A stretch of DNA of 64,000 nucleotides, taken from IMG/VR virus record IMGVR_UViG_3300042010_000106, positions 62,001 through 126,000 of that record; one strand, 5' to 3'. Shown here one piece after another: positions 46,185-56,269 of this stretch; position 1 is the stretch's first letter; each line of letters opens with the position of its first letter. The notes beneath the pieces were generated by a model. That model worked only from the letters and a program-made list of their open reading frames with translations. It ran no database searches and was not told the origin of the DNA. A program made the translations under genes and the position numbers.

Positions 46185-46592
46185 ATGGACTTTAATGCGT
46201 TGATGGCGCTACACGGTGACAAGCTTTCGCTATTGCCGTTCCCCGAATTGAATCGCAGCCTGCGCGACACGTTCACAACGATTCCCGAGGCGGAACACTT
46301 GTGGATCATTTCGCACGTGACGCAGACGGTCATTACGGTGTGGTCTGAGGCGTTTATTAACGCTTCCCGCATCAATGCCATTGCCGTTGTGAAAGAATCG
46401 CTTGGCGGTGCCGTAGAGAGCGCCCTAGACGAAAAGGAACGTGCTGACATAGCACAGGGCTACGTATCGTTCCGAACGCACGAATGGTTGCGTGCCTGTT
46501 TCACCGAATACCGCAACATCACGAACGGGCGTTGGGCACTGACTGCCGACGAAAAAGCTTTTTACAAAACTCTACCAATCCATTTAGGTTAA
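46185..46592 (+). CDS. hypothetical protein
   Basis: GGAGG RBS. Confidence 0.6.
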   Translation: MDFNALMALHGDKLSLLPFPELNRSLRDTFTTIPEAEHLWIISHVTQTVITVWSEAFINASRINAIAVVKESLGGAVESALDEKERADIAQGYVSFRTHEWLRACFTEYRNITNGRWALTADEKAFYKTLPIHLG

Positions 46593-46601
46593 GGAATCAT
46601 C

Positions 46602-48080
46602 ATGGCTATCAAACGCAAACGCAGTTTCGTCAGCTACGTCAAAGGCGATCTGCCAAATCACAACGCGCAGCAGTACGCAAAGAAAATCAATCTGACCAAA
46701 GCTGAAAAAGATTTGCTGGTCGAGTATCTGAATGGTTACGTGGCAATCACTGCACTGACCGCGCCGTTGCTGGCAAAAATGCGCGTGTACACGAACCACA
46801 AATATCAGTTCGACCGTACGTACGCGTTGGAACTGGTTGCACTCAATTTGTCGGAGCGTAATCAGGAAACGCTGGCAAAGATGTACAAAGAAAGCACGTT
46901 GAAAGGTTGGCTGACTGAATTCAGTTTGATCAGCAACGATATGCAGCACGTGTACGCGGATGAATTCGGCGTTTCGATTTTCGAAAACAGCCAACTGCCA
47001 ACCGTGACCGGGATTGTACAACGCAACAAAGGCAAAGGCCGCAAAGCTGCCGAAGTTGTGAAAGAAGTTCAAGGTGCAAAAGAATTGAAGATGCTGCGTG
47101 AACACGTCGCACCGGTAATGGCACCACCGGGTTTGTCACACGAAGAAATGGAAGAAGGCGACGAAGAAACCGGCACCTCTTTACTCCCGTACCAAAAGAA
47201 AGAGCCGCCACTGGACGAAGCCGACGTTGCATCGTATTTCAGCAAACACGCGATGAAACGCACGGGCAAGAAATTGACCGAGTGCTTCGACGAAATGCTG
47301 GCGTACCACAACGACAACGTTCCGTATCTGTTCAAGGAATTCGCCAAATCGCCGCTGGCCGGAATCATGGCTGACTTCTGGTCGCAGTCGTTCGAATTCG
47401 ATTGCATCGAACACAAAGGCAACGACAATGTTTTGCGTGTGTCGTGCCGTCACTTCGACGTTATCATTTCCCGCAATGAAATGACGTTCGTTGATAAGTG
47501 GGATTTGGGCGAAGTCGCTTACACGATTCCAGTGTCGGAAGATCAACCATCCCGTATGGAACAGGCCGAATACTTTTTCCAGACGTGGGATATTCGCCGT
47601 GCAAAATCCGTGCTGCAAGCAATCGGTTTCCGCTACGAAGATGAACTGATGTTGGCGGGCAAACCACTGTATTTGAAATCCGTTGCAAGTGGCCCTCAAG
47701 CGATTTTGTGCATGGACATCAAAGCGCGTCCGTGTTCGTGGGATGGTGCCGAATACACGATCTACAGCACGTTGTGTCATATGCTGGACGGCGTACGCGG
47801 CTGCTTGATGAACACTGATTCATCTGGCGAAATGATTCTGGACATTAACGGCGTGTCTTACGAAACCGTGCGTGTTTCCAATGGTGGCGTAATTCGTTAC
47901 GTAATGCGTGGTGATGACGCTGTAAGTTTTATGGAAGAGTACACAGACCATATGGGATGGCATGACAGCGCCGACGAATTGCGCGAACGTGGTTTTGCAC
48001 TCGACCTGAACAAAGAGCGCGCCGTTCTAACCTTCAACAACGATCAAGAAAGGCCGTGCGAGATTATCGTCTACTGCTGA
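46602..48080 (+). CDS. hypothetical protein (492 aa)
   Basis: TAAGGA RBS, long ORF. Confidence 0.8.
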   Translation: MAIKRKRSFVSYVKGDLPNHNAQQYAKKINLTKAEKDLLVEYLNGYVAITALTAPLLAKMRVYTNHKYQFDRTYALELVALNLSERNQETLAKMYKESTLKGWLTEFSLISNDMQHVYADEFGVSIFENSQLPTVTGIVQRNKGKGRKAAEVVKEVQGAKELKMLREHVAPVMAPPGLSHEEMEEGDEETGTSLLPYQKKEPPLDEADVASYFSKHAMKRTGKKLTECFDEMLAYHNDNVPYLFKEFAKSPLAGIMADFWSQSFEFDCIEHKGNDNVLRVSCRHFDVIISRNEMTFVDKWDLGEVAYTIPVSEDQPSRMEQAEYFFQTWDIRRAKSVLQAIGFRYEDELMLAGKPLYLKSVASGPQAILCMDIKARPCSWDGAEYTIYSTLCHMLDGVRGCLMNTDSSGEMILDINGVSYETVRVSNGGVIRYVMRGDDAVSFMEEYTDHMGWHDSADELRERGFALDLNKERAVLTFNNDQERPCEIIVYC

Positions 48081-48104
48081 CGCCAAACCAAACACGGAAT
48101 TTTA

Positions 48105-48140
48105 AACTGTAAAGAATGAGGGACAGTTTCATTGTCCCTC
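48105..48140 (+). promoter_or_regulatory. AACTGTAAAG motif followed by leader stem-loop
   Basis: intergenic motif, then GAGGGACAG-TTTCA-TTGTCCCTC, then TAAGGAG RBS. Confidence 0.5.
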
Positions 48141-48154
48141 GTTTAAGGAGCTTT

Positions 48155-48796
48155 ATGATATTCAAACATTCGATGCGCAAGGCAGCGGGTCAGTATTTTT
48201 CGATCCGCGATTACGCAAGCACCCGCAAGATTTCAGAAGAACAAGCAAAGGCCGAATTGTTGGCATTCGCAACAGGGAAATATTTTCCTGATTACAACGT
48301 CATGCTGATGGCGTTCGTGGGGCAGAAAGATTTGCACAACGAATGGAAACGGGCGTTGGTTGCCTACTACGCCACCACCCGCAAGAAAGAACTGCGCGCA
48401 GCCGGTTTCACGCTGAGTAAGATTGCCCGGTGGTCGCAAGAAATGGTTATGCCGAATAAGGAGAGCAACGCTATCCTGAAGGCCGCAGGATTCGATTTCA
48501 GCGTCGTTCCTGAAGAAGCGCGCTATGTGTACGTCGAAACGCCTAAACAGCTTGTGAGCTTCGACAGCCGCCGTAACAAGCTGGTGCTGTGTGGGCGTTC
48601 GTACGTGCTGACACAGCTTTGGCATGGTGTGCACATTCTGACGTTTGACAGCACGTGCCCCGGTATCGGGTTTCACTTGCAAGACGACATCAAAGAAAGC
48701 GGCCTGCAATTTGTAAATGAAGGCCAGTTCCTACGCGCTGTAATTCCAGCAACAGAGGTGATTATTTATATGTACAACCATGAGCATAAAACGTAA
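48155..48796 (+). CDS. hypothetical protein
   Basis: TAAGGAG RBS before ATG 48155. Confidence 0.7.
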   Translation: MIFKHSMRKAAGQYFSIRDYASTRKISEEQAKAELLAFATGKYFPDYNVMLMAFVGQKDLHNEWKRALVAYYATTRKKELRAAGFTLSKIARWSQEMVMPNKESNAILKAAGFDFSVVPEEARYVYVETPKQLVSFDSRRNKLVLCGRSYVLTQLWHGVHILTFDSTCPGIGFHLQDDIKESGLQFVNEGQFLRAVIPATEVIIYMYNHEHKT

Positions 48797-49160
48797 CGAC
48801 TCCGATAACGGCTGGTGCGCAACCTACGACGTTGAGGCGGTTTATCTTGATGAAGATTTCGGCGACTCTGTGAAAGCTTTTCGAGCAATCAAAGAAGACG
48901 CCGACAAACGCCCGCGAAGAAAAACGGAAACCGCACCACGCAGCAACAAACAAAGTCCTACACCGGTAGGCATCACGCATTACACCGTGAAAGACAAGCG
49001 AGAGATTAAGCACCGTTTCGCTGTCTGCAATCCAAACACTGGCCGTCCTCAAATGGTTCACATAGGAAACGACAATACCTATGAAGCCAATTGGGAACGT
49101 AAATTAGCCGAAGCCATAGAACTACGAAATCGTTTCCTACAGGAATATAACGAATCATGA
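48780..49160 (+). CDS. possible AP2-like DNA-binding protein
   Basis: RSNKQSPTPVGITH...VHIG...LAEAIELRN. Confidence 0.45.
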   Translation: MSIKRNDSDNGWCATYDVEAVYLDEDFGDSVKAFRAIKEDADKRPRRKTETAPRSNKQSPTPVGITHYTVKDKREIKHRFAVCNPNTGRPQMVHIGNDNTYEANWERKLAEAIELRNRFLQEYNES

Positions 49161-49592
49161 TGTCCGCCGTAATTGTTTTTGTTGTGTGCTTAATTATCAC
49201 TGTTATTCGCTGGTTCCAAATTCATCGCGACATTAACAAGCGCGGCGCTTCGGCACACGTGGTGTGTGGCTGGTATTTTTGGGGCGCTATCATAAGTGCC
49301 CTGTACTTTTTTCAAGGGCCGGTCGCATGAGTGACTTTCGCGAAATGGCCGACGTTGTATTCATGTGGCAGCATTCCAAATCTAACGAGGATCGCATGAT
49401 AACCATGAACATTCCAAAAGGCCGTGAGAAGACGCACAGCTTCAATGCAAAAGCGTTTTACGATTCTGCTTCCATGTCGTTTAGCGTAGAGCCGACCGAC
49501 ACGCACAAACCGCAACTGAACCCGGTGTTCGAACTGCCGTACGTCGGCAACCCTCCTGCCATCGTCAAAGAAAGCAAATAAGGAATTCGGAA

Positions 49593-49940
49593 ATGCAACG
49601 CGAAATCAAAAAACACATGACCTACGATGAACAGATGCAAATTCTGAACATGGTAGAAGTGCTGGTGACGCAGTACCCGGAAATGCAGACGCGTGTGATT
49701 GAGCGTTGCACCCGAGGCATGCAGAACCGTTACGAAAGCGTGAACGAAATGCGCACCGATGCGGAAACCGCTGTGGTGATGCTGCTGGATTTGGTGCCGA
49801 AGTCGAAGCAGACGCAGGAAAAACATCAATACGCTTTGACGCTGGCAAAACGCGCTGTCGTTCGTTCCGGTATGTTCGCCGGTTCTGTGATGGCGAATAA
49901 TCTGGAAGCTGAATTGAAGGCAGAACCTCATGGAGCATAA
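49593..49940 (+). CDS. hypothetical protein
   Basis: TAAGGA RBS. Confidence 0.65.
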   Translation: MQREIKKHMTYDEQMQILNMVEVLVTQYPEMQTRVIERCTRGMQNRYESVNEMRTDAETAVVMLLDLVPKSKQTQEKHQYALTLAKRAVVRSGMFAGSVMANNLEAELKAEPHGA

Positions 49941-50370
49941 TTGCCCATACTGCAACGAAGAAATTCCACCGGCTGCTATGGCTGAACCGTGGTTTGCTTC
50001 GCCTTGCTGTCAAAAGGTTGTGATGTGTCGTGATTTCTCTGAGCTGGAATACGCGCTGCGTCCGGCTACTGACAATGAAATGGTTAAGCTCGAAATCAGC
50101 GGATTCACTAACACCGATCCTGACGCGCTACACACGCACAAACGCAAAACCGAACCGCGTTGGGCACACGTTTATAGCAATGGCGCTCATTGGTTCGTGC
50201 GTATTATCCCGCCTACTGATTTGCAGGAACACGGGCGCGGTCACGGTGTATCGCTCGGCAACAAATACACCACGAAGGCCGAAGCGAACAAATTCGCTGA
50301 CAGCATGGAATCGTATTTCGGTGATGCCGAAAAACAATTGGTTGAGGAAAGCAAAGATGCAAGCCTTTGA
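49930..50370 (+). CDS. protein with N-terminal Zn ribbon
   Basis: CPYC...SPCC. Confidence 0.6.
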   Translation: MEHNCPYCNEEIPPAAMAEPWFASPCCQKVVMCRDFSELEYALRPATDNEMVKLEISGFTNTDPDALHTHKRKTEPRWAHVYSNGAHWFVRIIPPTDLQEHGRGHGVSLGNKYTTKAEANKFADSMESYFGDAEKQLVEESKDASL

Positions 50371-51418
50371 AGAGTTTTACGACATTCGTTTGAACGTTCC
50401 TGAAAACGAACTGCCGTCTTTCGCTTACACCCGTGTTGATGCGTACGCACGAATTTACCCGCGTGAATACGGCACCATCGTTCCGCGTGAAGTTGATTCG
50501 GTCGAAACCTACGATCCTGATACGCTGGCATATATGCTGGCTGATTATCTGGCAGAGGTTCGCAACGAATACAAAATCGTTGACGTTGTGGTGATCATGA
50601 AACCCGATGCGCAATTCCGGGAACAATCGTTGCTCGCTTTCTTCGAAAAACGAATTTCCATGCTCTGCGTTCGTGGCGGTCTGGCAATCAACGTGGATGG
50701 TGAACCGCAAACGGTTTGTGATCCGTTCCCGTCGAGTAGTCTTTCCGATTGGGATTGCGAAATTCTCGGCGAACTGGAAAACGGCCTGAACATGGAAGAC
50801 CCGGAACGTGCGTTGTACGATTTCAAAACGCGTTTCCCTTCGGCCATGGTTGGTTACGTTGCGCCGGACGTAAACGACGAACCGCCACCGCCTGTAAAAA
50901 GTTTCCGTGAACAGGCAAACGAACAAGTGCGTGAAGTGATTAACTACTTCAGCAAAAGACCGTATAGCGAAATCCACGGGCCTAAAGCGACCGTGTACGA
51001 TTTCCACAACGGTTCCAAAATCACGGTTAACGCAACTCGCCTCACTGTGCGAAACAGCAAAGGCGAAAGCAACTGGCGAACCAAACTCGACAGCACGAAA
51101 GACCTTGTGATTGATTTGCTGCGCGACGTACGCCCGGTGCAAGGCCCGTTTGTTGGCGAGCGTATGTTCCGTTCGATTGCACAGCAACTTGATTCGTCCG
51201 TGCATGACATCGAAATTGAAGGTGACGTGCTTGTTGCATTCAAACTCGACAGCAAAATCAGCGTGCACTTCGTAGAACGCAGCGTCGTTGCCAACTTTGA
51301 TTTGGGCGGCAAACTTGTCACCGCAACGCTTCAGGCTGTGCGTGATTTTGATGCGTTCGTTGTGTATCTCGAAAAAATGCTTAACGCAACCAAAGCCACT
51401 GTCTGGAAGCCGGAGTAA
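50357..51418 (+). CDS. hypothetical protein (353 aa)
   Basis: GAGG RBS before ATG 50357. Confidence 0.75.
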   Translation: MQAFEEFYDIRLNVPENELPSFAYTRVDAYARIYPREYGTIVPREVDSVETYDPDTLAYMLADYLAEVRNEYKIVDVVVIMKPDAQFREQSLLAFFEKRISMLCVRGGLAINVDGEPQTVCDPFPSSSLSDWDCEILGELENGLNMEDPERALYDFKTRFPSAMVGYVAPDVNDEPPPPVKSFREQANEQVREVINYFSKRPYSEIHGPKATVYDFHNGSKITVNATRLTVRNSKGESNWRTKLDSTKDLVIDLLRDVRPVQGPFVGERMFRSIAQQLDSSVHDIEIEGDVLVAFKLDSKISVHFVERSVVANFDLGGKLVTATLQAVRDFDAFVVYLEKMLNATKATVWKPE

Positions 51419-51423
51419 AAACC

Positions 51424-52821
51424 ATGAACCTCAATATTCAGAAAGCAAAAATCTTTGTCGAAGAACGTCTGGCAATCGTTCAATACGCAGGCATGTGGTC
51501 GGAAGTGAAAACCCGCTACGGCACTTCGTTGGTCTACAACAATGAACGCTGGCCCGACACTAAAGTCGTGCGCCGTGATTTCAAAGTTTCGTTCAACACC
51601 AAATCCATTACGATTGCCGAAGAGTTTGCAGGCAAATGGAAAGTGCTTCACGAAATCAACGAAAAACAGTGTGCCGACTGGCTGCACGTGAAAGACATCC
51701 TGACCAACTTCACCCCGGCGCTGTCGCCTGACGAAACCAACCGCGCCGACCGTCGTTTCTCCGAAGCTGTACGCGGCCTGACAGGCTCACAGGGCAGCGA
51801 TGTCGCTGTGACCGTTAGCGCGGGTGCGGCAAAGGCCCCTAGCGGCATTGTGCAACGTGTAGCGGCTCCAAAGCGTGGGAAGAAGTTCAACCCGAAAGAC
51901 GCACCGGTTGAGCTGAAAGAAACCGTGATCGAAAGCGCAGGCACTGCCGTTGTCGAAGGGCAAGAAATCCCGGTGGTTAAATTCACCGAAAACGAATTGC
52001 TGGAAAGTGGCGATATGAGTTTCACGCCACCGAGTTACGAACAAAGTGTTGCCCGTTCGAAACGTGAAAACCCACACAAAGTCACCATGGAAAAAATGTT
52101 GATCGAAAGCGGCCTCGCTTTTGAAAAGACTCCGACCAAACATGGCGTGGCGTATTCGTTCGAAGGCATCACCATTACTTTCAGCGGCACCATGTTGAAA
52201 GTGTCGGCGCTGGTTGAATGGCTTCAAGGCAAGGATGACAAACCGGTTCCATTCTACGCCACGTGGGTTTCCGGCAAATACGAACACGATCAATGCGGCG
52301 TGATTGCTGACGTGTTGGCAATCTGCAAAGAGGTGGCGCGACTGCGTACGATGGCGTGTTTCAACATTCCTGAAATTGCGTTCTCTCATTCGGAATGCAA
52401 TTTCATCACCGACAGAAAAGAGTTGCCGCATTACCGGTCGAGTACCCACTACATTTCGATCAATTATCGCGTGGAAGGTTTCAACCACGACAAAGACGAC
52501 ATGCAGCAAGTCCGTTCCATTCGGTACAGTCGTAACGATCTGATTACGCAGGAAGGTCAAAAACTGCCGAAGAATGTGAACATGTCGGAAAAGCAGTTGA
52601 CCGCCAGCGTAACGTGCCACAAATTGAACGACATCTGGAACAGTCGTTACTGGAACCCGAAAACCCCGACGAAGAGAATGTCGATTGAGTGTGAAGAGGT
52701 TTCGTACACAACCAATCGCGATTTGCTGAATTCGTTCGGCCTGAAAATCGGTGCGGAAACTCGCGAAAAAGAATACCACACCGTCAACGTCCCACTTGAT
52801 CGAGTTCCGGTGAAGTCATGA
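51424..52821 (+). CDS. hypothetical protein (465 aa)
   Basis: GGAG RBS, long ORF. Confidence 0.8.
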   Translation: MNLNIQKAKIFVEERLAIVQYAGMWSEVKTRYGTSLVYNNERWPDTKVVRRDFKVSFNTKSITIAEEFAGKWKVLHEINEKQCADWLHVKDILTNFTPALSPDETNRADRRFSEAVRGLTGSQGSDVAVTVSAGAAKAPSGIVQRVAAPKRGKKFNPKDAPVELKETVIESAGTAVVEGQEIPVVKFTENELLESGDMSFTPPSYEQSVARSKRENPHKVTMEKMLIESGLAFEKTPTKHGVAYSFEGITITFSGTMLKVSALVEWLQGKDDKPVPFYATWVSGKYEHDQCGVIADVLAICKEVARLRTMACFNIPEIAFSHSECNFITDRKELPHYRSSTHYISINYRVEGFNHDKDDMQQVRSIRYSRNDLITQEGQKLPKNVNMSEKQLTASVTCHKLNDIWNSRYWNPKTPTKRMSIECEEVSYTTNRDLLNSFGLKIGAETREKEYHTVNVPLDRVPVKS

Positions 52822-53351
52822 AAGATTTCCTGAAAAGCATCGAAACGTATTTGAGTTTTGCAGAAGGCGAAGGTGAGCCAGCAAACCGTGCTGCATTGCA
52901 CGCACGCGCCAAAGAGCTTTTGGAACAGTTGGAAAGTGGGCGCGCTGAATTCAACGAACTGCGCACCTACTGGTTTTTCTGGAACGGTTCCGGTGACATG
53001 ACAATCAGCACCGGTTCCAGTCCTGAAGACGCTTTTACCAAAGCTGGATACGGCGGCGGGGCTATGCGTGCACTCGACTACTATACAGTTGTGTATTACG
53101 GTCGCGCATTGTTGGACTGCAATTTGGCGTGGCCTGATAAAGCGGGTGATCAACGCAAAGTGTTGGAACACGTCATTGCTGAAATCCCTAAAGCGTTTGC
53201 GGGATTGTCCAAAGAGGAAATGCTGGAACCACTCGACGATTTGTCGTACATGGTGATCAAGGCAGAAGAACGTTTCGGCGCCGAGCATTTCGTTCACGCT
53301 GAGTTGCATACGGCTTACGTGGCCGCGTGGGACAACTACAAAAAACTGTAA
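52818..53351 (+). CDS. hypothetical protein
   Basis: ATGA overlap; DAFTKAGYGGGAMRALDYY motif. Confidence 0.7.
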   Translation: MKDFLKSIETYLSFAEGEGEPANRAALHARAKELLEQLESGRAEFNELRTYWFFWNGSGDMTISTGSSPEDAFTKAGYGGGAMRALDYYTVVYYGRALLDCNLAWPDKAGDQRKVLEHVIAEIPKAFAGLSKEEMLEPLDDLSYMVIKAEERFGAEHFVHAELHTAYVAAWDNYKKL

Positions 53352-53363
53352 AGTGAGTGTGTT

Positions 53364-53660
53364 ATGTCTGGAAATGAAAAGCCGTGCATGGGTGTGTACA
53401 TTCACGGCGTCGAGTACGTAAAAGCGCCTGAGCAACCTGCTGTATCGGTTGATTGGGATGTCTATTCAGCACGCCGCATGGCGAGTCAAATCAGCCTGCA
53501 TTACGCCGTCGTCGATTTCTCAAGTTGGGACGGTAGCAGTTCCGCGACAATCGTAGATCCACGTTTCCACCAATTGCGTAAACGTTACCTTGAAGCGTTT
53601 GCTGAATTGACGGAATACGTAGACGGCCAACTAACAAAACACGATTTGGAGTTTTCATGA
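53364..53660 (+). CDS. hypothetical protein
   Basis: packed ORF. Confidence 0.6.
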   Translation: MSGNEKPCMGVYIHGVEYVKAPEQPAVSVDWDVYSARRMASQISLHYAVVDFSSWDGSSSATIVDPRFHQLRKRYLEAFAELTEYVDGQLTKHDLEFS

Positions 53661-54139
53661 TTCGCTATCCAGAATTGATCGTTAACGGGCATACGCACAG
53701 CGGTAAAACTGCTTCGATTCTTGCGGCAGCGATGGCGCACAAAGAGAAGACCGGACACGAAACAATTTTCGTGAACGACGAAGACAATCTGCTGCAAATT
53801 GCACAGCGTGTTTTGATTGCGAAAGGCATCGACGTTAGCGACGAAAACCTCGACAAAGAAAAAGCAGAAGCTGCGTTGCGTGCTGGCCCGCATCTGACTA
53901 CACCACGTGCTTTGCCACGGCTGCTGGAAAAGCTGAACCCTACCGGTGAAGCTGGAACGAACATCGCAATCTTTCTGGATGCGCCGCTGATGTGTGCCGT
54001 TGAAATGAACACCTTCGGCGCCGGGAATAACGGTAAGCGTTTCCGTATGGGTGTGAACATCAATGACCCACTCGGCGAGACTGTAAAGAACTACAGCATT
54101 CACGCTGTATCCATTCAAAACTACATCATGCCCCAATAA
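53657..54139 (+). CDS. truncated RecA/DnaB-like P-loop protein
   Basis: LIVNGHTHSGKT Walker A; IFVNDE..LLQIAQRVL; IFLD Walker B-like; only 160 aa. Confidence 0.5.
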   Translation: MIRYPELIVNGHTHSGKTASILAAAMAHKEKTGHETIFVNDEDNLLQIAQRVLIAKGIDVSDENLDKEKAEAALRAGPHLTTPRALPRLLEKLNPTGEAGTNIAIFLDAPLMCAVEMNTFGAGNNGKRFRMGVNINDPLGETVKNYSIHAVSIQNYIMPQ

Positions 54140-54154
54140 GGAAACCTGACGCAC

Positions 54155-54937
54155 ATGTCTCAATACAAATACCCGGAATTCATCTTGGCTCTGAGCCGTG
54201 AAACTTTTCTGCAAATCGGAATTCGCGAAGGCTTCAATCCGCAATTCAATTTCGAAGAGTTTCTGACACTGGTTCAAAGCGGTGTGGTTATTCGCCAGCG
54301 TAACCACCTCGACGAATACCGTCCGTGGGGCGAAAGCCACAAAGGCGACCGCGACTATTCGCAGTGGTTGAATTATTTCGTTGTGGAAAACTACGACGAC
54401 ACGATCAACCCTTACATGCGTTCTCGCGAAGGCAATGGCGAAAGCGATTTGCAAGGCCGTGGCAGCATCGGCGTTGGTGGGCACACCGACTTCGTTGATA
54501 TCGTCGCACACAAAAGCGTAATTGATTTGCGCCAAACCGTTCTGCATAACGTGGTGCGCGAATTCTTCGAAGAATGCGCCGTTTACGTGAATGGCATTCG
54601 TGTCGGCCTGAGCGGCGACGTGGCGACTGATTTGCAGATTTTTGCAAATATTGCCACGCTGCATTTCGAAGGTATCATTTTCGACAACAGCGATCCGGTT
54701 GGCCGTCTGCATTTTGCAATGGCCCTGCGCATCAAGTTGAAAGAAGGCGTGACCGTTTCCAGCGGCGAAGAAGTTATCGACTTCGTTCCGCCTGTACGCA
54801 TTCAAGACATCGGCGCAACTTACCCGAACGTGACTTTCGAAAGCTGGTCGCTGCTGTTTGCTTTCCATCTGTGTAATGCTGATGCTCCAAACCCGAAATA
54901 CGATCTGCTGCGTTACCTGCCCGGTCACGTGGTGTAA
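54155..54937 (+). CDS. predicted Nudix-family phosphoesterase (COG4112/YmaB-like)
   Basis: Q..NY, GESDL, SIGVGGH, REFFEE, DNSDPVGRLHFA. Confidence 0.8.
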   Translation: MSQYKYPEFILALSRETFLQIGIREGFNPQFNFEEFLTLVQSGVVIRQRNHLDEYRPWGESHKGDRDYSQWLNYFVVENYDDTINPYMRSREGNGESDLQGRGSIGVGGHTDFVDIVAHKSVIDLRQTVLHNVVREFFEECAVYVNGIRVGLSGDVATDLQIFANIATLHFEGIIFDNSDPVGRLHFAMALRIKLKEGVTVSSGEEVIDFVPPVRIQDIGATYPNVTFESWSLLFAFHLCNADAPNPKYDLLRYLPGHVV

Positions 54938-54944
54938 AAACGCG

Positions 54945-54974
54945 GGCGCTTATCAATTTTGGTAGGCGCCTTTT
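54945..54974 (+). terminator. intrinsic terminator
   Basis: GGCGCTTATCA...TGGTAGGCGCC then TTTT. Confidence 0.65.
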
Positions 54975-55000
54975 CTCACATGGGTACATGGAAATAAAAC

Positions 55001-55717
55001 ATGTCTGAATACCACGGTGAAAGTATCATGAGCGGACACAAACACGGTGTACGTTACACGGCTTCTTTTTGGGATCGTTTGTTCGGTCGCGCTCACTGGA
55101 TCGAAGAAGTAAACATCCGCAATGCGTACCTCGAAAGCAAAGAAGAAGATTTGGATCTTCTGCGCCAAGCGGTAAATGATTTGCAACCGGAGAAAGTTCT
55201 GGAGCAAGAAGGAAAGCACCTCGACGAAATCGGTTTGTTGAAAGTTCGTATTCGCGATCTGGAAAGCGAATTGGCTGCTTACAGCATTCAAGAAAATGCG
55301 CGTGAGGATCGACGTAATGCACGCGCAGCGCATTTCACACCGGAACCGGTTCTGATTAAACCGGAACGCGCTCAACAATTGGGCCGTGACGTACAGGGTC
55401 GTGGTCGTGGTTACGTGGCACCGAACAGCGGCGCGCATGCCACTAGCGGGCAAGTCGGCAGTACCCCACAAGACGGCGGTAGCGGCCTTTTGATGCAGGC
55501 GGCAGTTCTGCACACGGTATTGGCGTCTGATAGCGCCCCTACGCGCTCTGAGGCGGCTTGCCATACCTACCGTGAGACGTACAGCACGCCGGAACAACGC
55601 TCTGAGCCTGCATATTGCGCCCCTGAGCCTACCCGGTCGGAGCCGTCCTATAGTTCCCCGGATAGCGGCAGTTACGGCGGTGATTCGGGCGGCGGTGGCG
55701 GCGGTGGTTGTGACTAA
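55001..55717 (+). CDS. coiled-coil protein with Ser/Gly low-complexity tail
   Basis: RSE/EP repeats; ends SYGGDSGGGGGGGCD. Confidence 0.7.
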   Translation: MSEYHGESIMSGHKHGVRYTASFWDRLFGRAHWIEEVNIRNAYLESKEEDLDLLRQAVNDLQPEKVLEQEGKHLDEIGLLKVRIRDLESELAAYSIQENAREDRRNARAAHFTPEPVLIKPERAQQLGRDVQGRGRGYVAPNSGAHATSGQVGSTPQDGGSGLLMQAAVLHTVLASDSAPTRSEAACHTYRETYSTPEQRSEPAYCAPEPTRSEPSYSSPDSGSYGGDSGGGGGGGCD

Positions 55718-56223
55718 TGAGTAAACAGGTAATTCTGTTTAATTCATACGAGAATGAAATTTTCTCGGCGATGTGGCCTGCGCCTTTTATGTATAAAGGC
55801 ACGGTGTACAAAAGCATCGAAGCGTATTATCAATTCCGAAAGCTGGATAAAACGGAAACAGAATTGCGCGGGAAAATTCTCGCAGCGTTCGATCCGTACA
55901 AAGCCAAGCATTTTGGTAGCAAGAAAGCTGGTGGCAAACCTTCAAGCAAACATGACGTTGAACGTTTCGACATCATGCGTATCGGCATTCGCGAATCGTA
56001 CATGCAAAACCCGTGGCGTTTGATTGCGCTGATGAATACGGGAAAAGCAAAACTTTCGCACCTTGCTGAGTGGGATGATTTTTGGGGCGTGAACGCAGCA
56101 GGTAAAGGCGGTGATCAGTACGGCATTCTGACAACGGAATTTCGTGACAGCATGATTGGCGTAGATATTTGGAAAGCTTGTAAAGCACACAAGCTGACTG
56201 AAAAGAAAAAGAAGAAAAAGTGA
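55717..56223 (+). CDS. NADAR (YbiA-like) hydrolase
   Basis: FS...PF..KGTVYKSIEAYYQFRK, DPYKAKHFG, LMNTG, DDFWG...GG. Confidence 0.85.
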   Translation: MSKQVILFNSYENEIFSAMWPAPFMYKGTVYKSIEAYYQFRKLDKTETELRGKILAAFDPYKAKHFGSKKAGGKPSSKHDVERFDIMRIGIRESYMQNPWRLIALMNTGKAKLSHLAEWDDFWGVNAAGKGGDQYGILTTEFRDSMIGVDIWKACKAHKLTEKKKKKK

Positions 56224-56229
56224 AATAGT

Positions 56230-56259
56230 GCGGTTGGGTGTTCCAGCCGCATTTACTTT
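56230..56259 (+). terminator. probable terminator after NADAR
   Basis: GCGGTTGG-GTGTT-CCAGCCGC then ATTTACTTT. Confidence 0.5.
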
Positions 56260-56269
56260 GGAGAATTGT

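Noticed and set aside
50030-50356. Extended N-terminus of the 462-aa ORF
   Set aside because: It overlaps 49930-50370; the RBS supports ATG 50357.
46602-52821. Paralogy among the three large hypothetical proteins (46602, 50357, 51424)
   Set aside because: Only a vague helix-plus-beta-meander resemblance; I could not produce a convincing alignment by eye.
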